From the NCBI GenBank assembly GCA_020137815.1, contig CM035360.1, forward strand, positions 5,642,001 to 5,706,000: a stretch of DNA of 64,000 nt, read 5' to 3'. Shown piece after piece: positions 50,652-62,830 of the stretch (positions are counted from its first letter, which is position 1; every line of letters starts with the position of its first letter). Under the pieces are notes generated by a model, which ran no database searches, was not told where the DNA came from, and worked only from the letters and a program-made list of their open reading frames with translations. The stretch is from Hormiphora californensis (Eukaryota > Animalia > Ctenophora). The translations under genes were made by a program, and so were the position numbers.

Positions 50652-51731
50652 ATGTTTCTTATCACACTGCTAGCCTCGTGCCTTGTTTGCAGCACAGCAG
50701 CCACCAGAGAGTTTTACATTGACTGGGAGAACGACAGGTAAGGAGTGCTAGCATCTGGCTGTGGTCTGGAACCCCCTAGGATAACGGAGCCTTTCTGAAT
50801 CCGTTCACTAGGGGGTTTCCAGGCCACAGTCAGACACTACTAGCTAGTATAGACTAAAGGTGCAATGATCTGATATCATAGCGGCCATCATTGATCTCTC
50901 CCTGAACTAAGGTTTGTTAAGGATGGAGAGACATTTCAGTACGCTTCCGCCGGGATGCACTACTTCCGGATCCCCTTTCAGTATTGGGAGCATCGGATAT
51001 TGGCCGCTAAATCAGCTGGTTAGTAATGCAGTGTATCTCTTGTAAGTAGTATAGAGAGTGTGTCCGGGACACAGTCCCATACCCTCCTAAACCATCTAGA
51101 GTCATGACCCCCCTCCCTCCCCCCAAATCCTATGACAAACGGTGGTTCTCCAGTCACGTTCCTGCTCCCCTGCCCCACTCAAGTTACTAAACCCCAATAA
51201 TTTGCAGGTTTGAATGCGATCCAGACATATGTTGCCTGGAACAGTCACGAACCCTCCCCTGGAGTGTACAACTGGTCAGGGAGCAGCGATCTAATCGGGT
51301 TCATTGAACTTGTTAATGCCGCTGAGATGCCTCTAATTCTACGGGTAATGAGCGCCACACACGCGCGTCTTTTGATACAATAACACAGCCGAGTACTTTT
51401 GGTAAATTCGTAAACATACCCCAAACATACCCAGAACCCAGAAATCTGAGATACTTTTTGTAAGTTAATGTCCCTTACATACATTTTCTCTCTGCATGCA
51501 GGTTGGACCTTACATTTGTGCCGAATGGAACTTTGGGGGATTTCCCCCTTGGCTGCTAGCCCATGAGGAAGGAGAGGATGTGGTGTCTGTGAGAAGTAGC
51601 GATGAAGTTTACATGTCCGCTGTTACCCGCTGGCTGGCAGTACTACTACCAAAGATTAAACCTTATCTGTACAAAAATGGAGGCCCTATCATTATGGTTC
51701 AGGTTAGGATCTGTCTGTCTGTCTGTCTGCC

Positions 51732-51774
<43 letters not shown>

Positions 51775-54700
51775 TTTTCTCTCTGTCTGTCTGTCCCTTT
51801 GTCGATTTGTCTGTTTCTATGTTTCTCTGTCTGTCTCACTACTTATCCCGTTGTTCAGGTAGAAAATGAGTATGGGAGTTTTGGTTGTGATCACGAGTAT
51901 ATGAATACCATGTATGATGCCTTCTCCACAATTTTAGGTAGGTATTTCTCAACACGAGCAGGTTATTCACTAGCTAGTAGTAGTAGTAGCTAACTCACTA
52001 GCTAACTCACTAATTCACTAATTAACTAATTCACTAACTCACTAGGTTATTCCCAATTAAAATCAATGTGAAACTACAATCACTATCAGGTAAGGATGTA
52101 CCCTACTTCACGACTGATGGCCCGGGTCTCATCGAGTGCGGGTCATTCCCCACCCAATCAGTACTTACCACAATCGACTTTGGAGTTGGGTACAATGTCA
52201 CCGCTATGCTGGCTAAGTTGAAGACCTACCAGGCGCATGGGCCGGCAGTTAACTCTGAGATGTACACGGGATGGCTGGATCACTGGACCAACAAACACAG
52301 CCACAGTGGAAACAGTAAGTAGTGTTATGTCCCCCTCTCCCTCTCTAGGTACTGATGTTGTGTACTTCACCACGGACGGGAAGAGAGAGTTTGAGTTGAA
52401 TTGTGGGGTGACACCTCCCAACCTATTCGGGACGGTGGATTTTGATCCTCTGGATGATATTATGATGATATTGGGAAGGTTGAGGGAACACCAGACTAGT
52501 GGTCCTTTGGTGAATAGTGAGCTGTACGCGGGATGGTGTGATTGGTACGGAAATGATCACGCTAATACAGGTACGATATAGCAAAGAAAGGGGTTTGCCG
52601 GGTAAATCGGGGAAGTAATGTAATGAATTAGTACGATTGTTCTTATGATGTTGTTACTATTCCAAACAACAATGATCCCAGTACTAAAACACACATCCCC
52701 CTGTTTCAGATGTAACAGCACTTGGTCGAGCTATTGATATTATTTTGTATCAGAACGGCAGTGTGAACCTGTACTTGTGGCATGGGGGTTCAACATTCGG
52801 GCTAAACTCTGGATCCACTGACTACAACACGACCTTTTTCACCCAAAGCTATGACTATGACGCCCCTCAATCCGAATCAGGTAACTATGGCAACAACCAT
52901 GATTCTCCTCAGATGTGAAAGCTCTGGAAAAGAGCATTGATGACCTGTTGAGTAATGGGTTTAGTTTTAATACCTACATGTGGCACGGTGGTACCAACTT
53001 TGGAGTGACTAGTGGTAACCAGTTTGGTAGACAATTCAACCCTACCAGCTATGACTACAATGCGCCCCAGTCAGAGAGTGGTAATATTGTGCATGTCACA
53101 TGATCTCAATTAAACAGGAATATGTCTGCTGCTACTTGATCCCTCTGCTACTGCCACACTTGATCCTGTGATATGATCCCCTCTATTTAAAGGGATACAT
53201 CTGCCCGCTGTATGTTTCCCCTTCACTGTTGTACTGGTGTAACGACACGGAATTTTTCCAGGGGGGGCCGGTGCGGAGCACCGGAATTTTGGAGATACGC
53301 ACGCGACGACGGTGCCGCGAAGCGGCCCCGGAGGAGCAGCGGCAGGGGGTTTGGGGGCCGCAGGCCCCCAATGGGGTCCAGGGGTGAAGCCCCTGGTGGG
53401 GGTCTAGGGGGCGAAGCCCCCGGAAAAATTTAAACTTTTTATACGATTTTCACACATTTTAGGCATTTAGAAGTCCATCTCCACCTTCTTTCTGTTTGAG
53501 TAGAACCTGTATGTCTTGAAGGGGGCGCCGGAGGAGCAGTGGCAGGGGGTTTGGCGGCCGCAGGCTCCTAATGGGGTACTTTTTAACCGATTTTCACTCA
53601 TTTGAGGCACGTAGAAACTGTATATATGCCTTGAAGGGGGCGAAGCCCCCGAAAATTTTAGAATTTTAACTGATTTTCATGCATTTTTTACGTTCTCTAC
53701 GAAATATTTCAATAAAATTTCCATGTTTGGTAAATCCCAGGGGGGGCCGGGCCCCCCCTGGCCCCCCCGGTGTCGTGGGCCCTGGTACAGTAGGGCGTGT
53801 ATGTGTGAGAGAGAAAGTGAGATTAGCAGCCAGAGAAGATATTAAAAATCTTGTTCCGATATGTGATGCTGCAATAGCTAAGGGCAATGTTCAGGATATA
53901 GAGCGAGGAAATGTAGTTAAATTGTCGGCGGGGTAGCTCAATAGGTAGAGCAATGGACGCGAAACCCAGAGGTTGTCGGTTCGAGCCCGGCCCTCGCCAG
54001 ATATTTTTCTAATTTTCCTCCCTATTTAATCCTGAACAAGATCTCATCATTGATATTTAACAAAGCCATTCTTCCACAACCGTGATCTGCCCGCTGTATG
54101 TTTCCCCTTCACTGTTGTACAGTAGGGCGTGTATGTGTGAGAGAGAAAGTGAGATTAGCAGCCAGAGAAGATATTAAAAATCTTGTTCCGATCAGGAGCT
54201 TTCATTTAAACTTTGTCAGGCGTCTTCTCTGTTTCCTCAGCTGTGTCATCTTGATCTCCTCTGCTGTTATAACCCTCTGTGATATATTTGGTAGCGAAGT
54301 TACCCCCACCCCCTTACCGGCGCGTGAAGCGACCTAAGAGTGTTACTGTGTAAGCTGTAACTTCGTTACCAACTGTGATATGATCTGCTGACTGCATGTT
54401 CATTTGTCTTGCACGACCCTCTCCCTCCCCTCGCAGGTGATGTCAATCTGGGGAAGTTTTGGGCAATCAGGAATGCGACAACAAAACACTTTGGACCAAA
54501 CAAACTGCCTGTACCTAGAAATCTACCTAAATTGGGATACCAGGTTGTGAAAACAAACCCGGCAGGAAAGTTGGTTGACCAGCTAACATTCCTAAAGGAC
54601 AGTGATCACCCGCAACCTTTTGAAATACTTGGTAAGTCTACTTGTTTCTGTCTAACCAACAGTGCGCTCAGATCACTGACCCGGTCTCTGTCAGCACAGC

Positions 54701-56248
54701 CAAAAATTCTTATTCAGATTCTCTCAGCTCTCTACTGTTGCATGAATGGGTCAAATAAAGTTGATTGATTAAACAGCATAGCTCTTACCCACAATTTGAT
54801 TTCAGGGGTGTTTGAAGGTATTGTTGGGTACGAATGGGAGGGGGAGATCCGAGGGAACTTGTCTATTGAGACCGTGCACGACCGGGCTTTTATCCTAGTG
54901 GATGGAGAGTATTCAGGGGTAGGTTTATCTAGATAAAGGATACTACTATATCCATCCCACATAAGATGTTGGTAATGAAATTATCACTCCGCGCGAGCGC
55001 CCCAGTGGTGACTTCGTAACCACCATAAGATGGTCATTGGAGGGGGAGTAAGAAAATTGATCCACCCCGGATATCGAGCACTTTGCAGGATCTCAATTAC
55101 CAATTAGTTTTCTAACCATTCCTGAATCCCCTGCAGGTTGCTCGGAGAACTGACAAAAAGCACCACTTCACTCTGGAAGTAAATGTGAACAATAGTTTGC
55201 TAATCTTGGTTGAAAACATGGGTTATATGGGATACAGTCATGCCATGGCCGACTACAACGCACGTAAGTCCAGTGTTTCCCTGATTTGATTGCAGGGAGA
55301 GAGTCCTAGTCAAGAGCTTTCTCGATTTGTTCGACAGACCCATCCTTGCTCAACAAGTAAAATTGTAAAAGCTGGACTGATCAGGTGCCGATATCCAGGT
55401 TACTGTTACAACAGTAACCTCCCCGCACCTGTAATTACCATAGTAACCCCCCTGTTACCCCCAAACCCCCGTTACCATAGTAACCCCCCTGTTACCCCCA
55501 AACCCCATGTTACCATAGTAACCCCCCTGTTACCCCAAACCCCTGTTACCATAGTTACCACTCAATTCCTCAGAGTTCAAGGGTATTGCTGGTGTGACAG
55601 TTGATGGTGTGGAGCTGGTGGGTTGGAAACACTGGAGCACCAACATAATGAACCCCAACATTACTAATGACATGGGAAACTCTGTAGAGGAGGAAACTTC
55701 ACTATCTGATCCGGCTAAAAACTCTCATACGTCTCCGACCGGAAAACCGTTGCTCCCGGGAGGCCCCCATATTTACAGAGCCACCCTGATTTTAGAGAAA
55801 GTGGCGGATACTTTCCTCAATTTTACCGAGTGCTGGAGTAAAGGATTTGTGTCGGTCAATGGAGAGCTACTGGGCCGTTATTGGCCTGACGCTGGACCAC
55901 AGTTTTCACTTTTTCTACCCGGTAAGGAAATGATCATTCATGATGTGTAGGGGTTAAAAAAAGATTGTCTCACAAGATTCTGCCCTTAGACAGGATTATA
56001 TAAGGGAGAGGGTTATTGGTTTGATTGTCATCAATCCCATTATCATGCGAGGAAGCACCATTTGAATCGCTTGTATTTTGAAATGTGAAAGCAATTCATA
56101 TTTTTCAGGAACGTGGCTAAAAGAGGGGGTGAACAAGATCACTGTCATTGAACTACAGAGCTACACTCCTGAAGCTGCTGCTACCGGGGATTGCCTTTAC
56201 ATTACCGACACACCCTATATAGACGGACCTGTTAATGCTAATGCTTAG
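50652..56248 (+). CDS. GLB1: GH35 beta-galactosidase (GLB1-like), multi-exon, with two duplicated exon pairs
   Basis: Signal peptide; MHYFRIP; [16 protein letters not shown]; [17 protein letters not shown]; GGPIIMVQ|VENEYG; VNSE-Y-GW; HGGTNFG; SYDY-AP; [14 protein letters not shown]. Confidence 0.93.
50747..50845. repeat. Imperfect ~100-bp hairpin in GLB1 intron 1 (MITE-like)
   Basis: TCTGGCTGTGGTCTGGAACCCCCTAG ... CTAGGGGGTTTCCAGGCCACAGTCAGA. Confidence 0.7.
53235..53784. mobile_element. GC-rich non-autonomous DNA transposon (hAT-like), inserted into a repeat
   Basis: Splits a sequence that is intact at 54086-54192; GTAC duplicated; right end GTGTCGTGGGCCCTG, degenerate left end ACGACAC. 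Confidence 0.65.
53927..53999 (+). pseudogene. tRNA-like sequence (SINE head or tRNA pseudogene)
   Basis: Acceptor stem GGCGGGG/CCTCGCC, D arm GCTC/GAGC, T loop GGTTCGAGCC; anticodon stem has 2 mismatches and no U33. Confidence 0.75.
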
Positions 56249-57041
56249 TACCAAGAAAGTGACCAGGTGAACTCTTTTAGTAGATTCAAGATTCAAAAGA
56301 TTAGTATAATTTAAAGTGTAAAGTGTAAACCATATATAATTTTGCATCGCTGACAGTGATGATTTGCAGCTAGATTTGAGTTTGAGAATTGTTTTGGGAA
56401 TTTAGGGAATGCAGAATCGCCTCAAAAGTTAAGGGATGGGTAAATATGATACCCCTAAAGATAACAGGGATACTTTGGTTTAAACTGAATCCGCTTTTCT
56501 GGAGACGCTAACATGGCTTTAAATCGTTAGATGATGGTCTCTACTCTCTACTCTCTAGTTCAACTAATAGTTGTTATGATTTATTATTGGACCACACCTG
56601 CTCTCCTGGATGGGTCTTGTTAGAATGAGCTGCTCCTTTAACACCTCCCTCTATGATAGAGAGATAGAAAGATAGAGTTTGTCTCTATCTCCTCGATGAT
56701 TCGATTAGTTACACATGTGCTAGTTGCTACACAGCTGGTGTAGCGTTCCTGATCTCGCCGTATTTTCCATCTTGCCATACGAGTCAAGAATATTATTATT
56801 ACTGTCTTTAGTAGCGGGTGGTAGCTCGGAATCATTATTATTATCGGAGTATTATTGGGGGAGAACAGCTGTAGGGTGATGCTAGAATTAGAAACGGCGA
56901 AAATTAAACAGCTGGTACAGCAGATTTTTCGCACTTCTAAATTGTGGTCCTTTGACAATCTCATATGATGCAACTTTTGACGACGAAAGATCTATATGTT
57001 TGAATTTATTCGCAGAGTCGCAGGACAATGGTGTTCTGCCT

Positions 57042-57925
57042 GGAGGTGGGTACTACCTGCAGGGTAGTAAGCATTTATCACTTATCAGCTATGTATTTCA
57101 GTTAAATATTTACAGCTGCTGTGGTTGTATACTGTATAGTACTAGTAGAGTTTACACCGCTGTCACCATTCACCCTGGCCCTCCCCTTCGGCCATCTCCC
57201 TCACTCAACAGTCACTCCCCTCCTGTTATGTATGAGCTGCTGCAGTGCCAGCCAGCCCATCCTAATATGCTATGCAGTGAATAGTATTCACTGCAGAGCA
57301 AAAGTGGCCTTGAACTCAGCGAATCTCTACCTCTCAGTCTCTCTGCTCGATCTGAACTTTCTCCCTCCCAGTCCTTGGATCGTTGCCATACTTACCTGCC
57401 CAGTGCTTGGGTCCATTGCAACCTATTCTCGCTCCGCGAAGATGATCGCGCGACGTCAATCTCACTCAGGTATCAATGTGGCCAACCCAGTGCCAGGTGA
57501 AAGAGTCTTGGGCACATAGTCAGAGTTCTCGTATATTACTACATACAGGTACTGTAAACACTACAGATATAGTGTTTACAGTACCTGTCAGTTCTATTTT
57601 GGTATGATAGTAGAGCTCTACTATCCTCTATACAGTGAGGAGGAGTGATTGAATAGTATAACATACTCTCTCTATAGTTTATGTCAAACCTAATTGTAAA
57701 GGCCTACTGCAGCTGTGTGGTTATTGTCCACATTTTGGCCCCCACATACAGGGACAAACCCTTTTATGAAATGGAGGTGGGTAGTAAGCATTTATCAGCT
57801 ATGTATTTCAGTTAAATATTTACAGCTGTGGTTGTATAGTACCAGTAGAGTTTACACCGCTGTCACCATTCACCCTGGCCCTCCCCTTCGGCCATCTCCC
57901 TCACTCAACAGTCACTCCCCTCCTT
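57042..57925. repeat. Diverged ~150-180-bp direct repeat (57042-57224 and 57772-57924)
   Basis: Shared GTAGTAAGCATTTATCA...CAGTCACTCCCCTCCT; first copy carries small internal duplications. Confidence 0.85.
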
Positions 57926-58850
57926 CTTGTCCTTTGCCCTCCCCCCACCCACTACCTCAACAGACCTTCCTCTCCCTCCCTGGCCCTCCCCCTGACACTG
58001 GTCATGGTCCTCCCCTCTCCCTTTATATTACTCAACAACCCCTGATCTCTAGAAGTAGAACTGGTCACTGCTTTAGTATCGAATTCTATTCTAAGACCCT
58101 TAATTGGGCCCAGATAAATTTTAAATATTATAAGGATCCATTATTACTGGTTACTTCACCACACTGTTTCCTTCCTGATTCCTAATTTTGTCAATATTGC
58201 CGTTTTATCGATAATTATCATCACTTATTTCTTTCCGTTAAACAAGAGAGAGATTTTAAGTTTGTTATGTGTCATATATTATGAGACAAATTATCCGCAT
58301 ACCACACGAATTTACGAAATCCACCATGTAGCTAGTCGAACGAAGTTCATACTATAGGTCGCAACAGCTGTCCGGGCTCTTAATGAATTAGTCTCTTCTC
58401 TTGACCTGTGTTGAATGTTTCCCCGTCTTTAAACAATATTGATTTAGCGATGTTCATGTTATGTCTGTCAGAGCATTGGCCTGACAGTGTTAAGTACCAA
58501 CTGCCGTGAGTAGTGTTGATAAAGATCAACAATTTCATCGTCTCTCTATCACCTGTCTGGCGGCGCCAGAGACGATGCGCTCAGATCGGGTCGTCGCCGC
58601 CAGACAGTCCATCATGATGCATCACAGTCACCTGGTGGCCTATGTTGATAGCTTCCCTATTGTGAATTGATAATATATTTCTGGTGCCAAATCTTGGCTT
58701 TAGTAGAAATCTTGGCTTTGTAGTTGTTCGAATATGACAGCTAGGCGCCTGCAGAAATCCGAATATACGAATGGACGATATCAAACCTCAACTAACTTTA
58801 TCTTAGATCTAAATTTCCTTTACCCATTTTAGGACATTCCCCTGTTCATT

Positions 58851-59889
58851 ATGGACGATAACACAACGGATAAGTACACCCTTCTTCTGTCTATGGAGCA
58901 GCGGGCGCCCCTCATTATGTACGACACCATCGCCCTTATTCTGGCATTTGTCGGCAACTCTGTCGTCCTATACGCGTCCATCCGGTACAACGCTATCAAA
59001 CTCGATAAGATTTCCCTGATTTTCGTCCAAAACTTGGCTGCCTCCGACCTTTTGATGGGTGTGTTCTTTGTGCTGCCAATATGGAGTAGTATCGTGGCAG
59101 GCCGGTTTATGTTGGGTGATTTCGGGTGTTTTCTCAGCGCCCAACCACCCTGGCTCCCCTGGATTATGAACTCTCTACTCGTTCTCTCTATCACCGCATA
59201 TAGGCTTCTCGTGGCGACGAACCCATTCAGAAGGGTCTCTTGTTTGAGCGTCCGAATTCGGCCGAATATACTGTGCGATTCTGTGGGCTGTTGGTATGTC
59301 AGTCTTGGTAATTCAGTTAGGATTTGGTTCAAAATCGGAGTTCGAGGGATACACAGGGAAATGCGTTTCCTCAATTTACAAGGACGAAAAGACAGAAACT
59401 TTGTTCCTGGTCTATGTTGTTATCTGCCTATCTCTTACTCCCCTGTGCCTAGTTATCATTCTGAACGCCATTCTCGGAGTGATAGCTTTCCGAACCTCAA
59501 AATGCGTCCGAGCGAGATCCCACTATAAAGGCCTGATCATGGTTTGCTTCTTGTCTGGTCTCTTTGCCATCAGTTGGCTGCCGTGGGGCATTTCAACAAT
59601 CGCTAAACTGGCCCACAACCCAATCACTTGGAAGTTTATGCGTCTCCTTTCCTACCATTTCATTATGCTCAACAGTATATGGAATCCCATCCTGTACACC
59701 CTTACCAACCGGAGATTTGCTAGGTTTGTCACCCAGATATGCCATAGCAAGTTGGCCGAGTGGGGCAACAACAAGTCCAGTAGCGCCACCGAGCCACAAA
59801 CACCTCAGAATTGTGGAGGAGGAGAAATTGAGTCCAATGTCGTGGTGAATAATTCAGTGGAGCGTCAACAATCAAACTCTGTGGTTTAA
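58851..59889 (+). pseudogene. Intronless rhodopsin-class GPCR disrupted by a 10-bp insertion (59258-59267)
   Basis: GNSVV, NLAASDL, AYRL, ISWLPW, NSIWNPILY; removing TCGGCCGAAT joins the two ORFs (SVRIYCAILW). Confidence 0.85.
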
Positions 59890-59934
59890 CTCTGTGGTTT
59901 AAAATCTTAGAAAAATATCCGTGAATATTCCTAT

Positions 59935-60380
59935 AGTTGATAGAAGTTTATGGACAACTGAGACAATGATTTTATTGCAGGAAATAAATCACACGACGGT
60001 TTCGTCGAACATCGACATCATCAGGCTGCTAAAAATAAGGTCACATTAATTAATGTCTAATATATAAAATACACGAAATAGGAACTATACAATACAGTCG
60101 GACCCCGATTTAACGGCACCCTCGGGGGAAAGGATTTTGTCCGTTAATTCGAGGGTGCCGTTAAATCGGGGTCCGACTGTATTGTATAGTTCCTATTTCG
60201 TGTATTTTAGATATTAGACATTAATTAATGTGACCTTATTTTTAGCAGCCTGATGATGTCGATGTTCGACGAAACCGTCGTGTGATTTATTTCCTGCAAT
60301 AAAATCATTGTCTCAGTTGTCCATAAACTTCTATCAACTATTGAAGATGAGACTCATATCAAGCGTGGCAACACATGAAC
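59935..60380 (+). mobile_element. Inverted-duplicated retroelement end (Penelope-like pLTR) with hammerhead-like core; central TA-CAGT...ACTG-TA hairpin at 60095-60179
   Basis: ~190-bp inverted arms; 13-bp TSD TGAATATTCCTAT; CTGATGA-stem-GAAAC at 60250-60275 followed by AATAAA. Confidence 0.7.
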
Positions 60381-60457
60381 TGAATATTCCTATGTGCAAG
60401 TAAATTTACAACTGCTGAGAGACTGACTTTTAATTGGATTTATTCTGAATGAATTAA

Positions 60458-61760
60458 GGGTACACCTGGCGTTTTTCATCATCGAGTGCCCAACCAAATG
60501 ACTTCACCAGGGTTTAGGCCATACAAAATGGACCTCAAATATGCAATTTTAGCCCTAAAGTCGAATTCATATTTTTGCTACAGCCTATTTTCAAAGTGGC
60601 GTTTTTTCAATTTTTGTTGAAATTTTTAACCTCAGGACCACTTTTTTTGAGATAGAAACATTAAATTCTTGGAATTTGAAGAGAATATAAAGGTGAATAA
60701 GCCCAAAGAAGGATTTCTGAAATGGAGCTTATTTCTGGCCATGAGAACGGTTTACTTTTTTGCTTCTTTGACACGCTGGCTGAGAATGTTCCCATGCTTC
60801 ATTAGAGATGAAAATCTGGAAATAGTTGCTCAAAACGATTATCTATGTGGCCCAAAAATTTTGGAACTTTCCCGCCAAAGATGTGGTGTGCAGAGCTTTT
60901 TTTGTGAAACCTGTCTTTTTGAAAAAGAGGGAAATTCCCTGTATCTCAAAAACGGATGATCGTAGAGACCTGGGACCAAGCTTAATCGATTCAGAAGGTC
61001 CGATTTTGGGGGGGTCTTCTGAGAGACATTTTGCTCCTACTCCAACCGATTTTGCTGTAACTGCAAAAAACCAATTCTATGAAAAGGGGAAACAACTCTA
61101 TTCCAGTAGCATGCTTCGGGCTGATTTCCCCCTTACTTGCTGATACCTTTTTCGCAATTACAGCAAAAACGGTTGGAGTAGGAGCAAAATGTCTCTCAGA
61201 AGACCCCCCCAAAATCGGACCTTCTGAATCGATTAAGCTTGGTCCCAGGTCTCTACGATCATCCGTTTTTGAGATACAGGGAATTTCCCTCTTTTTCAAA
61301 AAGACAGGTTTCACAAAAAAAGCTCTGTACACCACATCTTTGGCGGGAAAGTTCCAAAATTTTTGGGCCACATAGATAATCGTTTTGAGCAACTATTTCC
61401 AGATTTTCATCTCTAATGAAGCATGGGAACATTCTCAGCCAGCGTGTCAAAGAAGCAAAAAAGTAAACCGTTCTCATGGCCAGAAATAAGCTCCATTTCA
61501 AAAATCCTTCTTTGGGCTTATTCACCTTTATATTCTCTTCAAATTCAAGATTTACTGTTTCTTCTTAAAAAAAAAGTGGTCCTGAAGTTAAAAATTTCAA
61601 CAAAAATTGAAAAAAACGCCACTTTGAAAATAAGCTGTAGCAAAAATATGAATTCGACTTTAGGGCTAAAATTGCATATTTGAGGTCCATTTTGTATGGC
61701 CTAAACCCTGGTGAAGTCATTTGGTTGGGCACTCGATGATGAAAAACGCCAGGTGTACCC
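60458..61760. mobile_element. Non-autonomous foldback element, Kolobok-like
   Basis: ~600-bp inverted arms, TTAA TSD, termini GGGTACACC...GGTGTACCC. Confidence 0.88.
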
Positions 61761-62830
61761 TTAAATTATTTATCTTTTTTAATTTGTGTTGGTTTCACGT
61801 GTTCACTTCAATTGTCAGAATATCATTATCACGTGCAACACATTTACTTTCCTGAGATGAGTCATTAGAATTAGATGACAAAAACTTCGTAGTGGAGGCT
61901 AAATAGGTTTTTTCTACCTTTTGCACGTCAAAAAGAGCAAATAACCATCAGATTTTACCCAAGGAAACTATACGGTGCTATGGATACATGGTACATATTT
62001 TTGTTTCACCCCTTCCCCCATTGTTTGTGGGGTATCCTCATATCACTATGGCACATTAAATCAAGCCATTAATGTCCGACCCATCTGGCACCTCTTCGAC
62101 ATGCTTGGGTAAACTCCTAATGTGCTAGATTGGGAGATTGCAGGACGCAGGTGGCAGAGGGAGAGAAAAAGAGAGCTCCTGACGCAGCTGGATATAGAGA
62201 TGTGAGATAGGACGGAAATGAAATGTCATTTTGCCCAAATGAGTAGTCAGAAAAGAATCTACAATTTGTCGTAAAACCTGACCTAAATATAGGTATACCC
62301 CGAGTCTTTACTTGCTCGTGACCAAGATGTGTCGAGATTGAGACATGAGTGTGGTGAATGAGAAGGAATTCAATTGCTCTCTCATTCAATTACCCTCTAC
62401 CTCTTGCTACTGCTCCTCATGTACTGAGATTGTCGCTCTCAACTTACTTTCCCCAGCTTGCAGTACGTGTGGTGCATGGTAGTTTTTACGCAGTGATCGT
62501 GTAATCTTGCCCTGAAGAGTCTGTTTGTTTTGATTCTCAGAGTCAGAAAGTTAACAGTAAACTGTAAAGTTAAGAGTAAAGTCCTCAATAGGTTTCGCAA
62601 TGGCCAAGTTGATGGTCCATGCGATTCAGAAACGTCGACAATCAGCACCTTCTGCTGCTTTCTTTGCCAACACACTTCCATCAGGCTCCAACTTAGAGAA
62701 AGGTTCGTCATTAGTGTAATTTCCTTGGTCTTTTAGTGCCAGACGGGCTTCTTAGACGGAGTGCAAACCAGGCAACAGGGGTCTTCAACGTTGTCCAATA
62801 AACCAGTTCGCATGGTCACATTATTTTCAG

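Noticed and set aside
53927-53999. Functional tRNA-Ser(CGA)
   Set aside because: Broken anticodon stem, no U33, no long variable arm, embedded in a repeat
55420-55560. ACCATAGTAACCCCCCTGTTACCCC tandem repeat in a GLB1 intron
   Set aside because: Ordinary minisatellite that does not include a splice junction
57388-57425. ATACTTACCTG...CCATTGCA resembling U1 snRNA
   Set aside because: Stem-loop I and the Sm site are not seen and spacing is wrong; more likely a minus-strand CAG|GTAAGTAT donor or chance
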